Assembly (NCBI GenBank): GCA_963842525.1
Contig: CAWJGT010000003.1
Location: 1,504,001-1,568,000, forward strand
Direction of reading: 5' to 3'
DNA: 64,000 bases
Origin: an uncultured Holophagales bacterium
Lineage (GTDB): Bacteria > Acidobacteriota > Thermoanaerobaculia > Multivoradales > UBA5704
Numbering within the stretch: the first letter of the stretch is position 1; every line of letters begins with the position of its first letter. Position numbers and translations under genes: made by a program. Below the pieces are notes generated by a model that saw nothing but the letters and a program-made list of their open reading frames with translations, was not told the origin of the DNA and did no database searches. Positions 9,627 through 35,935 of this stretch are shown here, in pieces.

Positions 9627-12600
9627 GGCAGGTCCCCTTGCGCCTGGGTCAACATCGCCTCGATCTGGTCGTCCGGCAGCTCTGCGAGCTCCAGGGTCAG
9701 CTCGGCGGAGCGGGTCACGTGATCGCGCCGCGCAGGGTCGGCGAGGAGCGCCTCGGCCAGCGTCGCGATCGTCGACGCCTCGAAGATCTGGCGCAGCTCC
9801 AGGTCGACCTCCAGCTCGTCGCGGATGCGGCTGGCGACCTGGGTGGCGAGCAGCGAATGGCCGCCCAGCTCGAAGAAGTCGTCGAAGGCACCGACCTCGG
9901 GGACGCCCAGCACCTGCTGCCAAATCCCGGCGAGGACCCGCTCGACCGCGGTGCGGGGAGGCTGGTGCTCGCTGCTGCGGCGGAGCAGGGCGTGATCGGG
10001 GGCCGGCAGCGCCCGGCGGTCCACCTTGCCGCTCGCGAGCAGCGGCATCTCGTCGAGGAGGACGAACGCCGACGGGATCATGAAGTCGGGAAGCGCGGCG
10101 GCAAGAAAGGTCCGCAGCTCGACGGGCGCAGGCGGGGCGGCCTCCTCGGCAGTGAAGTAGGCCACCAGCCGGCGGACGCCGTTCGCCTCTTCCGGCGCGG
10201 TCACCACGGCCTCCCGCACGGCGGGGTGGCGCGCCAGGACCGCCTCGATCTCCTCCAGCTCCACACGGAAGCCGCGGATCTTTACCTGATGATCGGCGCG
10301 GCCGAGGAACTCGAGGTGTCCATCCGGCAGCCAGCGCGCCAGATCGCCGGTGCGGTAGAGGCGCTCGCCGGGAGCGGCGCCCTCGGGGACCGGGACGAAC
10401 GCCTCGGCCGTGAGCCCGGGGCTCCCCAGGTAGCAGCGGGCCAGCCCGGCGCCGCCGATGTAGATCTCCCCCGGCACGCCCGCCGGCACGGGCCGGCGGC
10501 TCCGGTCGAGGAGATGGACCCAGGTGCCGGGGAGCGGCTGGCCGATCGGCACCGTCTCCCAGGAGAGCGCTGCCGCTTCGCCACCGCGGGTGCGAAACAG
10601 GGCCGTTGTCACCGTGGCCTCGGTGGGGCCGTAGGAGGAGAGGAAGCCGGCGGAGCCCGCAACTCTCCCCGCCCAGGTGCGTAGGCGGGCCGTGGGCACG
10701 CTTTCGCCCCCGGTCAGGAAGAACCGCAGGCCGGCGGGCAGCGCGCTCCGTCGCTCCGCCACCTCTTCGACCCACTGCCGCCAGAGGGCTGCGGGCAGGT
10801 CGAGCACCGTCACGCCGTGGCGTTCGCAGAAGGCCAGGATCTCGCCGCTCCCCAGCTCCCGCGGGGCGGGATGGATGGCGAGGGAGCCACCGCAGGCGAG
10901 GACAGGGAAGATCTGCAGCACCGAGGCGTCGAAGCTGAGCGGCGCGAACAGCAGCAGGCGGTCGTCCGGTCCGAGCTTCACGGCGGCGGAGAGGCCGCGA
11001 ACGAAGTTGACCGCGCCGCGGTGCGTGGCGACCACCCCCTTGGCGGCTCCGGTCGAGCCCGAGGTGTAGATCACATAGGCGGCGCCGTCCGGCAGCGCGG
11101 ATGCCGGTCCCGGGGGGATCTCTCTGCCGGAACCCGCCGCGGCCTCGACCGCGAGGACCGGTGGCGTCGCCGTTTGCGGCCCGGTAACCGGCGCGGTGAA
11201 GGCGGAGATGAACCGCTCGTGGGTGATGAGGGCGGCGAGGCCGGCAGAGGCCGCAATCGTCTCCAGGCGTTCGCGCGGCCAGTCCGGGTCGAGCGGCACG
11301 TAGGCACCTCCGGCCTCGAGCACGCCAAGGAGGGCCGCGATGGCTTCGGCCGAGCGCTCCAGGCAGACGCCCACGCGCGACTCCGGCCCGATGCCGAGAT
11401 CGGCCAGGGTCCGGGCGAGGCGCGCCGCCCGCCGCGCGAGCTCGCCGTAGGTCAGGCTCCCGGCGTCGCTGACCACGGCCACGGCTTCGGGGCGGCGGGC
11501 CGCCTGCTCCTCGAAGAGCTGGTGCAGGCAGCTCTCCTCGGCAGGGTGCGGCCCGGTCCGGCGCCACAGGACCTGCTGCCGCTCCTCCTCATCGAGCAGC
11601 GGGAGGTCTGCCATCGGCGTATCGGGCGCGGCGGCCGCCGCGCCCAGCAGGTGTCCGAACAGCCGCAGCATGCGCGCGGCGGTCCCGGGCTCGAAGAGAT
11701 CGGCGCTGTAGTCGAGGGCGCAGAGGAGCTGGTCCCCCCGGTCGAGGCAGTCGAGAGTCAGGTCGAAGCGGGAGGCCGGGTTGCCGGAACCGAAGCTGCC
11801 CAGGGTGAGGCCCGGCAGCGGCTGCGCCTGCTGCGGCGGATACCGGAGCACGAGCATCACCTGGAAGACCGGTGCCCGGCTCATGTCCCGTTGCGGCTGC
11901 AGCTCGTCGACCAGCTTGTCGAACGGCAGATCCTGGTGGGCATAGGCCGCGAGAGAGGTGTCGCGCACCCGGGCGAGCAGGTCGCGGAAGCCTTGCCCGT
12001 CCACGAGGTCGACGCGCAGGGCCAGGGTGTTGGCGAACAGGCCGATCAGCTCTTCGAGCTCGGCGCGGCGGCGGCCGGCGATCGGCGTGCCCACCACGAC
12101 CGTGTCCTGAGAGGAGTAGCGGTGGAGCAGGAGCGCGAGCCCGGCGAGGAGGGTCATGAACGGCGTGCTTCCTGCCCGCCGGCCGAGGGCTCGCAGGGCG
12201 CCGGCCTCGGCGGCAGGGATCGACCGTCGCTCACGGCCGCCCCGGAAGCTCGGGACGGGAGGACGCGGCCGGTCGGTGGGCAGGTCGAGAGCCGGCGGCG
12301 CCCCCGCCAATTGCCGGCGCCAGAAGGCGATCTGCTCGTCCAGGACCTCGCCCTGCAGCCACTGGCGCTGCCACCAGGCAAAATCGGCGTACTGGAGGGG
12401 CAGCTCAGGCAGCCGCGGCGTCCGCCCCGTGGCGAAGGCGGCATAGAGCTCGGTCAGCTCGCGCGTCAGCACGTCGACCGACCAGCCGTCGCCGCTCACG
12501 TGATGGATCGTGAAGAGCAGGGCATGCTCCTCCTCGCCCAGCCGCAGCAGCCGGGCCCGGGTCACCGGAGGCCGCGAGAGATCGAACGGGCGCGCCGCCT

Positions 12601-15600
12601 CGGCGTCCGCCAGGGCGGTGGCCGCGGCTTCGCGGACCCCCGGGGCCAGAGCGGTGAGATCGATGACCGGCAGCGGCTCGGGCGCCGGGTGCGCGATCTC
12701 CTGCACCGGCCGGCCGCCGCGCCCCGGGAAGCTGGTGCGCAGCACCTCGTGGCGGCGGACTACCTCGGACAGGGCCCGCGCGAGCGCCGGCACGTCGAGC
12801 CGTCCGGCCAGGAGGAAGGAGAACGGCAGGTTGTAGGCCGCGCTCTCCGGGGCGAGCTGGTGGAGGAACCAGAGCCGCTGCTGGGCGAAGGAGAGCAGCA
12901 GCTCGCGGTCGCGCGGGATGGGGATGACCGGCGGCAGCTCCAGCCCTTCTCCCGCGTGGCGCACCGCCTCGATGCGCGCGGCGAGCCCCGCGAGCGTCGA
13001 CTGCTCGAACAGGGCTTGCAGCGGCAGCTCGACCCCGAAGGAGTCGCGCACCCGCGAGACGACGCGGGTGGCGAGGAGCGAGTGGCCGCCGAGGGCGAAG
13101 AAGTCGTCCTCGGCCCGCACCTTCTCGACCCGGAGCACCTCCTCCCAGATGCCGGCGAGCAGTTCCTCGACCGGGGTGCGCAGCGCGGCGCCGGCCGGCC
13201 GCGGAGCCGCCGGCTCCGGCGCGGGCAGGCGCGCCCGGTCGACCTTGCCGTGCGCGGTGCGCGGCAGGTCTTCGAGGACCGTGAGCGAGGAGGGCATCAT
13301 GGGCTCGGGGAGGCGCCCGGCCAGCCACGCCCGCAGCTCCGGGCCGGCAAGGCTCCGCCCCGGGTGTGGCACCAGGTAGGCCGCGAGCCGCCGGTCCCCC
13401 TCTTCATCGCGCACGGCCACCGCGGCCGCCGCCACGTCCGGGTGGCTCGCCAGCGCCGCCTCGATCTCGCCGAGCTCGATGCGGAAGCCGCGGACCTTGA
13501 CCTGGTCGTCGCGCCGCCCCAGGTATTCGAGGGTTCCGTCGGGGCGGCGCCGGGCGAGGTCGCCGCTGCGGTAGAGGCGCTCGCCGGGGGCCGTGGCGAA
13601 GGGGTGGGGCACGAACCGCTCGGCGGTCAGCGCGGGGCGGCGCAGGTAGCCGCGCGCCAGGCCGAGGCCGCCGATGTAGATCTCCCCCGTCACGCCGATG
13701 GGGACGGGGGCGCAGGCGGCGTCGAGCAGATGGATCCCGGTGTTGGCGATCGGCCGGCCGATGGGTACCGGTCCCGCGAGGGAGGAGCCCGGCGCCACCT
13801 CGTGGACCGCGCAGCCGACGACGGTCTCGGTCGGGCCGTACTCGTTGATCAGCCGTGTCCGGGGTGCGCGGTCGCGCCAGGGGGCCAAGCTCTCGCCCGC
13901 GAGGGCCTCGCCGCCCAGGATCAACACCCCAGTCGATCCGGCGAGCTTCAGCGCCGGAAGCTCGGGCGCCAGCGCCGCGAGGTGGGCGGGGGTGAGCTTC
14001 AAGAGGCTGAAGCCGCCGGGGCCGCGGAGGGCCTCGACCAGCGGCGCGAGCCCGCGCTCCTCACGCAGCAGAACGACGGTGCGGCCGGCGAGCAGGGGGG
14101 CGAAGAGGCTCGTCACCGTCAGGTCGAAGCCGAGCGGCGAGTGGACCGGCGCTCCCCGGCCCTCCGCCGCCCTGTAGGCCTGCACGGCCCAGGTGAGATA
14201 GTGGACGAGCCCGCGGTGCGGGACGACCACGCCCTTCGGCAGGCCGGTCGATCCCGAGGTGTAGATCACATAGGCCGGGTGCTCGGGGAGGACGGCGGGA
14301 GCCGGACCCCGCTCGGCTCCCCCGGCATCCTCCAAGAGGACCGGCGCGGCGCCCGAAGCGCCGGCCAGGGCGGAGAGGCGGGAGAGGAGCTTCTCCTGGG
14401 TGAGCACCAGGCGCGCCCCGGAGTCCGCCAGCAGGAAGGCGAGCCGCTCGTCCGGATAGGACGCATCGATCGGCACGTAGGCACCGCCGGCCTTGAGCAC
14501 CGCGAGCAACCCGACGAGCAGCTCCGGGGAACGCTCGGCGGCCACCGCGACGCTCACCTCCGGGCCGACACCGGCGGCGGCGAGGCGCCAGGCGAGCGCG
14601 TTGGCCCGCGCATCGAGCTCGCCGTAGGTGAGCTCGGTCCCCTTGCAGACCACCGCCGGGGCGTTGGGATGGCGCGCCGCCTGCTCGGCCAGGAGCTCGT
14701 GCAGGCACCGGTCCCCGGGCTGCTCCAGGCGGGTGTCGTTCCACTCCCACAGAAGCTGGGCGCGCTCGGCTTCCGAGAGGAGGGGCAGGGACGAGAGGCG
14801 CCGGTACGGGTCGGTGGCCGCCCCTTCGAGCAGCAGGAGGAGGCTCCCGAGGAGGCGCAGGGCCGTCGGCTCGTCGAACAGGTCGGCCGCGTACTCCAGA
14901 GAGCAGCCGATTCCGTCCGGCCCCTCCACGGCGCTCAGCGTCAGGTCGAACTTCGCGGCGCCGCTGTGGGCCTCTACCGGGCTCAGGGTGAGGCCGGGGA
15001 GCTCGAGCGCCGGCCGCGGGGTGTTCTGGAGCACGAACATCACCTGGAACAGCGGTGTATGGCTGAGGTTGCGCTCGGGCGCCAGCTCCTCGACCAGCTT
15101 CTCGAACGGCAGGTCCTGGTGGGCGTGGGCATCGAGCGCCCTCTTCCGGGCGCGGCCCAGGAGGTCGCGGAAGGTGGGGTCGCCCGTGAGGTCGGTGCGC
15201 AGGACCAGCGTGTTGATGAAGAGGCCGATCAGCCCCTCGGTCTCTACCCGGGTGCGGCCGGCGACCGGCGTGCCGAGGCTCAGATCCTCGCTGCCGGTGA
15301 CGCGGCCGAGCAGGGCCGCGAAGCCGGCGAGCACGGTCATGAACAGGGTGGCCCCCTCGCGGCGGCCGAGCGCCAGGAGGGCGCGCGACGGCCCGGCGCC
15401 GAGGGCCGCGCTCCGGACCGCGCCTCGCGGGCTGCGCACCGGCGGGCGGGACCGGTCCGTGGGGAGGTCGAGGACCGGCGGGGCTCCGGCCAGACGCTGG
15501 CGCCAATGGTCCATCTGGGCGTCCAGCACCTGGCCGGACAGCCACCGGCGCTGCCACGCGGCATGGTCCGCGTACTGGATCGGAAGCTCCGGGAGCGGCG

Positions 15601-18600
15601 ACGGGCGGCCGGCCGAAAACGCCTGGTAGAGGAGCCCCACCTCGCGAGCCAGAACGCCGCTCGACCAGCCGTCGCTCGCGATGTGGTGCATGGTCGAGAG
15701 CGCCAGGTGGTCCCGGGCTCCCAGCCGCAGGAGCGTGGCCCGCAGGAACGGGGCGCGTTCCAGGTCGAACGGCAGGCGGGCCTCATCCCGCGCCAGGCGG
15801 TACGCCTCGGGCTCGCGCACCGGCTCCGGGAGCCCGGCGAGGTCGACCAGCGGCAGCGGGATCCCCGCCGCGGGATGGATGCGCTGGACCGGCGCGCCGT
15901 CCCCGGCGGCGAAGGACGTGCGCAGCACCTCGTGGCGGCGCACGACCTCGGTCAGCACCCGCGCCAGGACCGGCGCCTCCAGGTCCCCCTGGAGCCGCAG
16001 CGCGGTGGGCACGTTGTAGGCCGGGTTGTGCGGCTCCCATTGGTGGAGGAACCAGAGCCTCTGCTGGGCGAAGGAGAGCGGCAGCTCGCGGTCGCGCGGG
16101 ATGGGGAGGATCGGCGGCAGCTCCAGCCTCTCCCCCGCTTGGAGAGCCGCCGCGATGCGCGCGGCGAGCCCGGCGAGCGTCGGCTGCTCGAACAAGGCCT
16201 GGAGGGGCAGCTCGACCCCGAAGGAGTCGCGCACCCGCGAGGTGACGCGGGTGGCGAGGAGCGAGTGGCCGCCGAGGGCGAAGAAGTCGTCCTCGGCCCG
16301 CACCCGCTCGACCCGGAGCACCTCCTCCCAGATACCGGCGAGCAGCTCCTCGACCGGAGTGCGCAGCGCGGCGCCGGCCGGCCGCGGGACCGCAGGCTCC
16401 GGCGCGGGCAGGGCCGTGCGGTCGATCTTGCCGTTGCGGGTCAACGGCAGGGCCGCGAGCTCCACGAAGACCGCGGGCACCATGTGCTGGGGGAGCCGCC
16501 GGCCGAGCTGCTCGCGCAGCTCCAGGGCATCGAGCTCCGAGCTGGCCGGAACCACGTAGGCCACCAGGCGCGGCTCTCCCCCATCCGCGCGGGACACGAC
16601 CACCGCCGCCTCGACCGCCGCGTTCTCGGCGAGAGCCGCTTCGATCTCCCCCAGCTCGATCCGGAAGCCACGCACCTTGACCTGGTGGTCCTGCCGTCCC
16701 AGGTACTCCAGGCTGCCGTCCGGCAGACTGCGCACCAGGTCGCCCGTGCGATAGAGACGGGCGCCGGGCTCGGCACCGAAGGGATCGGCCACGAACCTCT
16801 CCGCCGTCAGATCCGGCCGTCCCACATAGCCCCGGGCCAGACCCTCGCCTCCGATCCACAGCTCGCCCGGAACCCCCAACGGCTGCAGGGAATGGCCCTC
16901 CACCACGTAGACCTGTGTGGCCCGGACCGGCCGGCCGATCGGCACCGTGCGTCCGCCGGGGGCCACCCGCGCGAAGGTCGAATACGTCGTGTCCTCCGAC
17001 GGGCCGTAGAGGTTGTAGACCCGCTCCACGTGACCGGTCCGGTAGAGCTCGTCCACCAGCCAGCGCGGCAGCGCCTCGCCCGCCAGGTTCACCGTCCGCA
17101 CCGTCCGCGGCAGCCCCAGACGCAGCAGCTCCGCCATGGCCGACGGTACCGTGTTGACCAGCGTCACCGCCGCATCCAGACCCGGCAGGGCCAGGGCGTT
17201 GTCCGCCAGCACCACCGTGCCGCCGCGGCTCAGCGGGAGAAACAGCTCGTAGACGGACAGGTCGAACGAGACCGGCGTCGCCGCCAGGACCCGCGACAGC
17301 TCCTCCGGTCCGAACACCTCCTCGGCCCAGGCGAGCAGGATCGCCGCGCTGCCGTGGCGGATGCCGACCGCCTTCGGCCGGCCCGTCGAGCCCGAGGTGT
17401 AGATCAGGTAGGCCAGATGGTCCGGATCGACCCGGACCGTCCGCTCCGGCCCCCCCGCGGTCTCCTCGTCGTCTCCGTCGCTCTCCACCCGGCAGACCGG
17501 CACGGACCCGGGAAGAGCGGTCTCCAGCTCCGGCCGGCTGATCACCGCCACGGCCCGGGAGTCCTCCAGCATCAGGGCCAGCCGCTCCCGGGGATAGGCC
17601 GGGTCGAGCGGCAGGTAGGCGCCGCCCGCTTCGAGCACCGCCAGCAGCGCGACCACCAGCTCCGGCCGGCGCTCCAGGCAGACCCCCGCCACCGTCTCAG
17701 GCCCCACGCCCAGGCGGCGCAGCCGGCGGGCCAGGCGGCTCACCCGCCGGGCCAGCTCGCCGTAGCGGACCTGCTCACCGCCCCAGATCAAAGCCACGGC
17801 CTCCGGCCGGGCCGCAGCCTGCCGCGCGAACAGCTCGTGGATCAACAGTGCTCTCTCGGCCCCCACGCCCGTGTCGTTCCACTCCCGCGACAGCTGGTGG
17901 CGCTCCGCCTCGTTCAACAGGACCAGATCGCGCAGCGGACGGCCGAGGTTCGCGCAGGCCGCCTCCAGCAGAGCCGGGAAGTGACCCAGCAGACGGCCGG
18001 CCGTCGGAGCGTCGAACAGGTCGGCGTCGTACTCGAGGGCTCCGCCGAACCCTTCCTGGCGTGGCGCGAGCTCCAGCGTCAGGTCGAACTTGGCGGTGTG
18101 GAAGCCCACCGCCTCCGGTGTGAGGCGCAACCCGGGGAGGTCGACCCGCGGTGCCTCGTGGTCGAGCACCAGCATCACCTGGAAGAGCGGCGACCAGGCG
18201 AGGCTGCGCTGCGGCGCGAGCTCCTCGACCAGGCTCGCGAACGGTACGTCCTGGTGGGCATAGGCGTCGAGCGCCGCCGCGCGCGCCCGCCGCACGAGCG
18301 CGGGGAAGGTGGGGTCGCCGCCGAGGTCGCCCCGCAGCACGAGGGTATTGATGAAGAGGCCGATCATCCCCTCGGTTTCGCGGTGGCGCCGTCCGGCGAT
18401 CGGCGTGCCCACACAGACGTCGCTCTGTCCCGACCAGCGCGCGAGCAGAGCCTGGAAGGCGGCCAGGAGGACCATGAAGGGGGTCGCCTGATCCCTCCGC
18501 GCCAGGGCCCTGATCCCCGGCGCCAGCCCTCCGCCCAGGGAGAGCGGCAACCGCCCGCCGCGGCGGCGCGGCATCGCCGGCCGCGGCCGGTCGGTGGGCA

Positions 18601-21600
18601 GCGCCAGGACCGGCGCTCCGGCGAGCCGCTCCCGCCAGTGGGCGATCTCGGCCGCGAGAGTTGCGCCGGACAACCAGGAGCGCTGCCAGACGGCGTAGTC
18701 CGCGTACTGGATGGGCAACGGGGGGAGGTCGGCCGGGGTCCCGGCGAGGTCCGCCCGGTAGAGCGCCGACAGCTCTGCGACCAGGATGCCCATCGACCAG
18801 CCGTCGGTGACCACGTGGTGCAGGGCGAGGAGCAGCCGGTGCTCCTCGGGCGCCAGGTGCAGCAGCGCGGTCCTCAGCAGCGGCCCCGCGGCGAGATCGA
18901 ACGGCCGCCGCGCCTCCTCGGCGGCGAGCCTGCGGGCCTCGGCGGTGCGCACCGCGGTGGGCAGGCCGGCCAGGTCCACGACCGGCAACGGCCAGCTCTC
19001 CGGCGGCGGGGCGATCGCCTGGACCGGCGCGCCGGCGCTCTCCGGGAAGGTGGTGCGTAGCGCTTCGTGCCGGGCCACCAGCGCGGCCAGAGCGCGGGCC
19101 AAGCCGGCGGCCGACAGCGGCCCGTCGATCCGCAGAGCCTGCGTGAGGTTGTAGGCCGCGCTCCAGGGCTCGAGCTGATGCAGGAACCAGAGCCGCTGCT
19201 GGGCGAAGGAGAGGGGCGGCGGGGTGTCGCGCGCCATCGGGACCGGCGGCGGGGGCGTGGAGCTGCCGCCGCGCAGGGCCGTCTCGACCACCGCCGCGAA
19301 TCCGGAGACCGACGGCGCCTCGAAGAGCGAGCGCAACGGCACGTCGACCCCGAACACCGACCGGACGCGGGCGACCGCGCGGGTGGCGAGGAGCGAGTGC
19401 CCGCCGAGATCGAAGAAGCTGTCGTGGGCGTCGACGGCCTCGATGTCCAGGACCTCTGCCCAGATCGCGGCCAGGGCCTCCTCGACCGGCCCCCGGGGCG
19501 GCACCCGGGAGGCCCCTGCCTCCTGCCGCGCGCTTCCCAGATCGGGCAGGGCGCGGCGGTCGACCTTGCCATGCGGCGTGACCGGCAGCGCATCGAGGAT
19601 GACGAAGGCCGCAGGGAGCATGGGCTCGGGCAGCCAGGCGCGCAGGGAGGACCGGAGGCCGCCGGCGGTGAGGCCGGCAGCGCCCGCGCCGCGCGGAACC
19701 ACATAGGCCACCAGCCGGTCCTCCCGGAGCGCCACCACCGCCTCGCGCACCTGCGGATGCCGCGCGAGCGCCGCCTCGACCTCGCCAAGCTCGATGCGGT
19801 GGCCGCGGACCTTGACCTGATGGTCGGCGCGGCCCAGATACTCAAGCTCGCCGTCCGGCCGGTGGCGCGCCAGGTCGCCGGTGCGGTAGAGCCGGGCTCC
19901 GGTGCTCCCGGGGCCGCAGAAGGGGTCGGGGACGAAGCGCTCGGCCGTCAGCTCCGGACGGCCGAGATAGCCGCGCGCGAGCCCCGGCCCGCCGACGTGG
20001 ATCTCACCGGCGGCGCCGATCGGCACCGGCTCCAGGCGCGCGTCGAGCAGCCGCAGGCGCAGGTCCGGAATGGCGCGGCCGACCGGGCTCGAGCGGCCGT
20101 CGAGGTCGGCCGCCGACATCTCGCGCCAGGTCACGTGCACCGTGGTCTCGGTGATGCCGTACATGTTGACCAGGCGCGGCCGGTGGCCGCCATGACGGGA
20201 GAGCCAGGGGCCGAGGGTTGCGGGCTCCAGGGCCTCGCCCCCGAAGATCACCCAGCGCAGTGCGAGCCGGTCCGCCCCCTCCGGGCCGGAGACCTCCTCA
20301 TCGGCCCGCGCAAGCTGGCGGAAGGCCGAGGGGGTCTGGTTGAGCACGGTCACCCGCTCGCGGAGCAGCAGCCCGCGGAAGCTCTCCGGCGAGCGGCTCG
20401 TCCAATGGGGGACGACGACCAGCCGGCCGCCGTAGAGCAGGGCGCCCCAGATCTCCCAGACCGAGAAGTCGAAGGCGTAGGAGTGCAAAAGGGTCCAGGC
20501 GTCGCCTTCGCCGAAGCCGAATCGGCCGGCCGTGGCGGCGAACAGGCGCACGGCGTTGCCGTGGGTGACCAGGACCCCCTTGGGCCGGCCCGTCGAGCCC
20601 GAGGTGTAGATCACATAGGCCAGGTTGCCGGGGGAGGGCCCGGAGCCTGCGGCGGGCCCGCCGCCCGGGCTCTCCTCCCGCTCCACATCCTCGATGCGGA
20701 GGAGGCGTGCCGCGGTCTCGGGCACGGCGGTCTTCTCGTCGGTGATCAGGACCGGCGCGCCGCTGTCCTCCAGCAGAAACGAGATCCTGTCGGCGGGATA
20801 GAGCGGATCGATGGGAATGTAGGCCCCGCCGGCCTTGAGCACGGCCAGGAGGGCCGCCACCAGGCGGGGCGAGCGCTCCAGGCAGAGGGCGGCGGGGACA
20901 TCCGGCCCGACGCCGAGGGCGCGCAGCCGGGAGGCCAGCCGCTCGGCGCGGGCGTCGAGCTCGCGGTAGGTGAGCGCCTCCTCGCCGCAGGAGACGGCCA
21001 CGGCCTCCGGCCGCCGTGCGGCGACCGCCTCGAACAGGCGGTGCAGGCAGGTGGTGGAGCCGAATGACTCGCTCTCTCCCCATTCGAAGAGGAGCTGCTG
21101 CCGCTCCTCCGGAGTCAGGAGCGGCAGATCCTCCGGGCACCGCCGCGGGTCCTCGGCCATGGCCGCGAGCAGGGTCCGCAGATGCCCCAGCGTCCGCGCC
21201 GCACCGGCCGGATCGATGCGCGACCGGTCGTAGAGGGCGTGGAGCACGAGCGGCGCACCCGGGGCCACCACCAGGGTGAGCGGGTAGTTGGTGCGGCCGA
21301 CGCCGTGGAGCTCGCGGGTGCGCAGTTGCACCGCCGCGTGGCTCAGGGCCTCGGACATCTGGTTTTCGAACACCACGATCGTCTCGAAGAGCGGGCGGCC
21401 CGGAGGGATCTCGCTCCACGCCTGGATGCGGGCGAGCGGCGTGTGCTCGTGGTCGCGGGCTTCGGCCTGCCGCTCCTGGAGCTCGCGCAGCCAGGGGAGG
21501 AGCGGCTCCGCGAGCGGCGCCGCGGCCCGCACCGGCAGGGTGTTGATGAACAGCCCGACCATCGCTTCGGAGCCCGGCAGGGAGGCCGGACGTCCCGAGA

Positions 21601-22438
21601 CGGTGGTGCCGAAGAGCACGTCGCGCTGGCCGCTCCAGCGGGCCAGCAGGAGCGCCCATGCCGCCTGGACCATGGTGTTGAGGGTGAGCTGGTGCGTCCG
21701 TGCGAAACCCTGGAGGGCCGCGGCCCGGTCCGCCGGCAGCACGTCGCGGACCTCCGCCGCGGCGTCGGCATCCGCGGCCGACCGGCCGGCCGCGGGACCC
21801 GGGGCCGGCAGCGGGGTCGGATGGTGGAAGCCGGCGAGCTCGCGGCGCCAGAACGCCTCATCGCCGGAGGTGTCGCGGCTCTGCAGCCAGAGGAGAAACT
21901 CGCGGTAGGGCCGCGGCCGTTGTAGGCGCGGCGCCTGTCTGCGCTGCAGCGCCTCGTAGGCGATGGAAACATCGCGGAAGACGAAGGGCAGGCACCAGCC
22001 GTCGAGCAGGATGTGGTGGAAGCTGAGCACGAGTTGGTGGCTCTGCTCGCCGAGGCGGAAGAGCGCGAGGCGGAGGAGCGGCGCGCGGCCGAGCTCGAAG
22101 CCGCGGGACCTATCCTCGCGGAGATGGGCCGCGAGCCGCTCCCGTTGCGTGGCCGGGGAGAGCCCGCGCCAGTCGCCGCGGTGCCAGGAAGGCTCGACCC
22201 GGCGGTGGACCGCCTGCAGGGGCTTCGGCAGTCCCTCCCAGTGAAACGCGGTGCGCAGCACCGGATGGCGCTCGATCACCGACTCCCAGCCGCGCTCGTA
22301 CGCAGCCGTGTCCAGGTCCCCTTCGAGCACACAGGCGCGCTGCTCGTGGTACACCCCGGATCCCGGCGCGTAGAGGGTGTGGAAGAGCATCCCCTCCTGT
22401 ACCGGGGTGAGCTGCATAGAGATCTTCGAGCTTGTCCT

Positions 22439-22442
<4 letters not shown>
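9623..22442 (-). CDS. Four-module NRPS (~4272 aa): C(DCL)-A(Thr)-PCP-C-A(Ala)-PCP-C-A(Asn)-PCP-C-A(unassigned)-PCP, with a 1-nt frameshift at ~22412
   Basis: ORF 9623..22417 plus the N-terminus MKDKLEDLY in another frame (ATG 22442, ATGA overlap). Codes read by eye: DFWNIGMVHK (Thr), DLYNNALTYK (Ala), DLTKIGEVGK (Asn), DALDLGSVTK (unassigned). Four GGHS PCPs and HHxxxDG in each C domain. Confidence 0.92.
12858..13229. repeat. Copy A of a ~372 bp near-identical direct repeat (PCP plus start of C)
   Basis: Aligns without gaps to 16041-16412. Both encode LPAPEPA.PRPAGAALRTPVEELLAGIWEEVLRVE.VRAEDDFFALGGHSLLATRV.SRVRDSFGVELPLQALFEQ...SFAQQRLWFLHQ. Confidence 0.9.
16041..16412. repeat. Copy B of the ~372 bp direct repeat (PCP plus start of C)
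   Basis: Same length and near-identical nucleotide sequence to 12858-13229. Confidence 0.9.
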
Positions 22443-35914
<13,472 letters not shown>

Positions 35915-35935
35915 ATCGTCTTGACTCCGCGCCGT

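Noticed and set aside
9627-11567. N-terminal ~650 aa of ORF 192..11567
   Set aside because: It is Arg/Gly/Pro-rich off-frame read-through overlapping the previous NRPS. The real start is the ATG at 9626.
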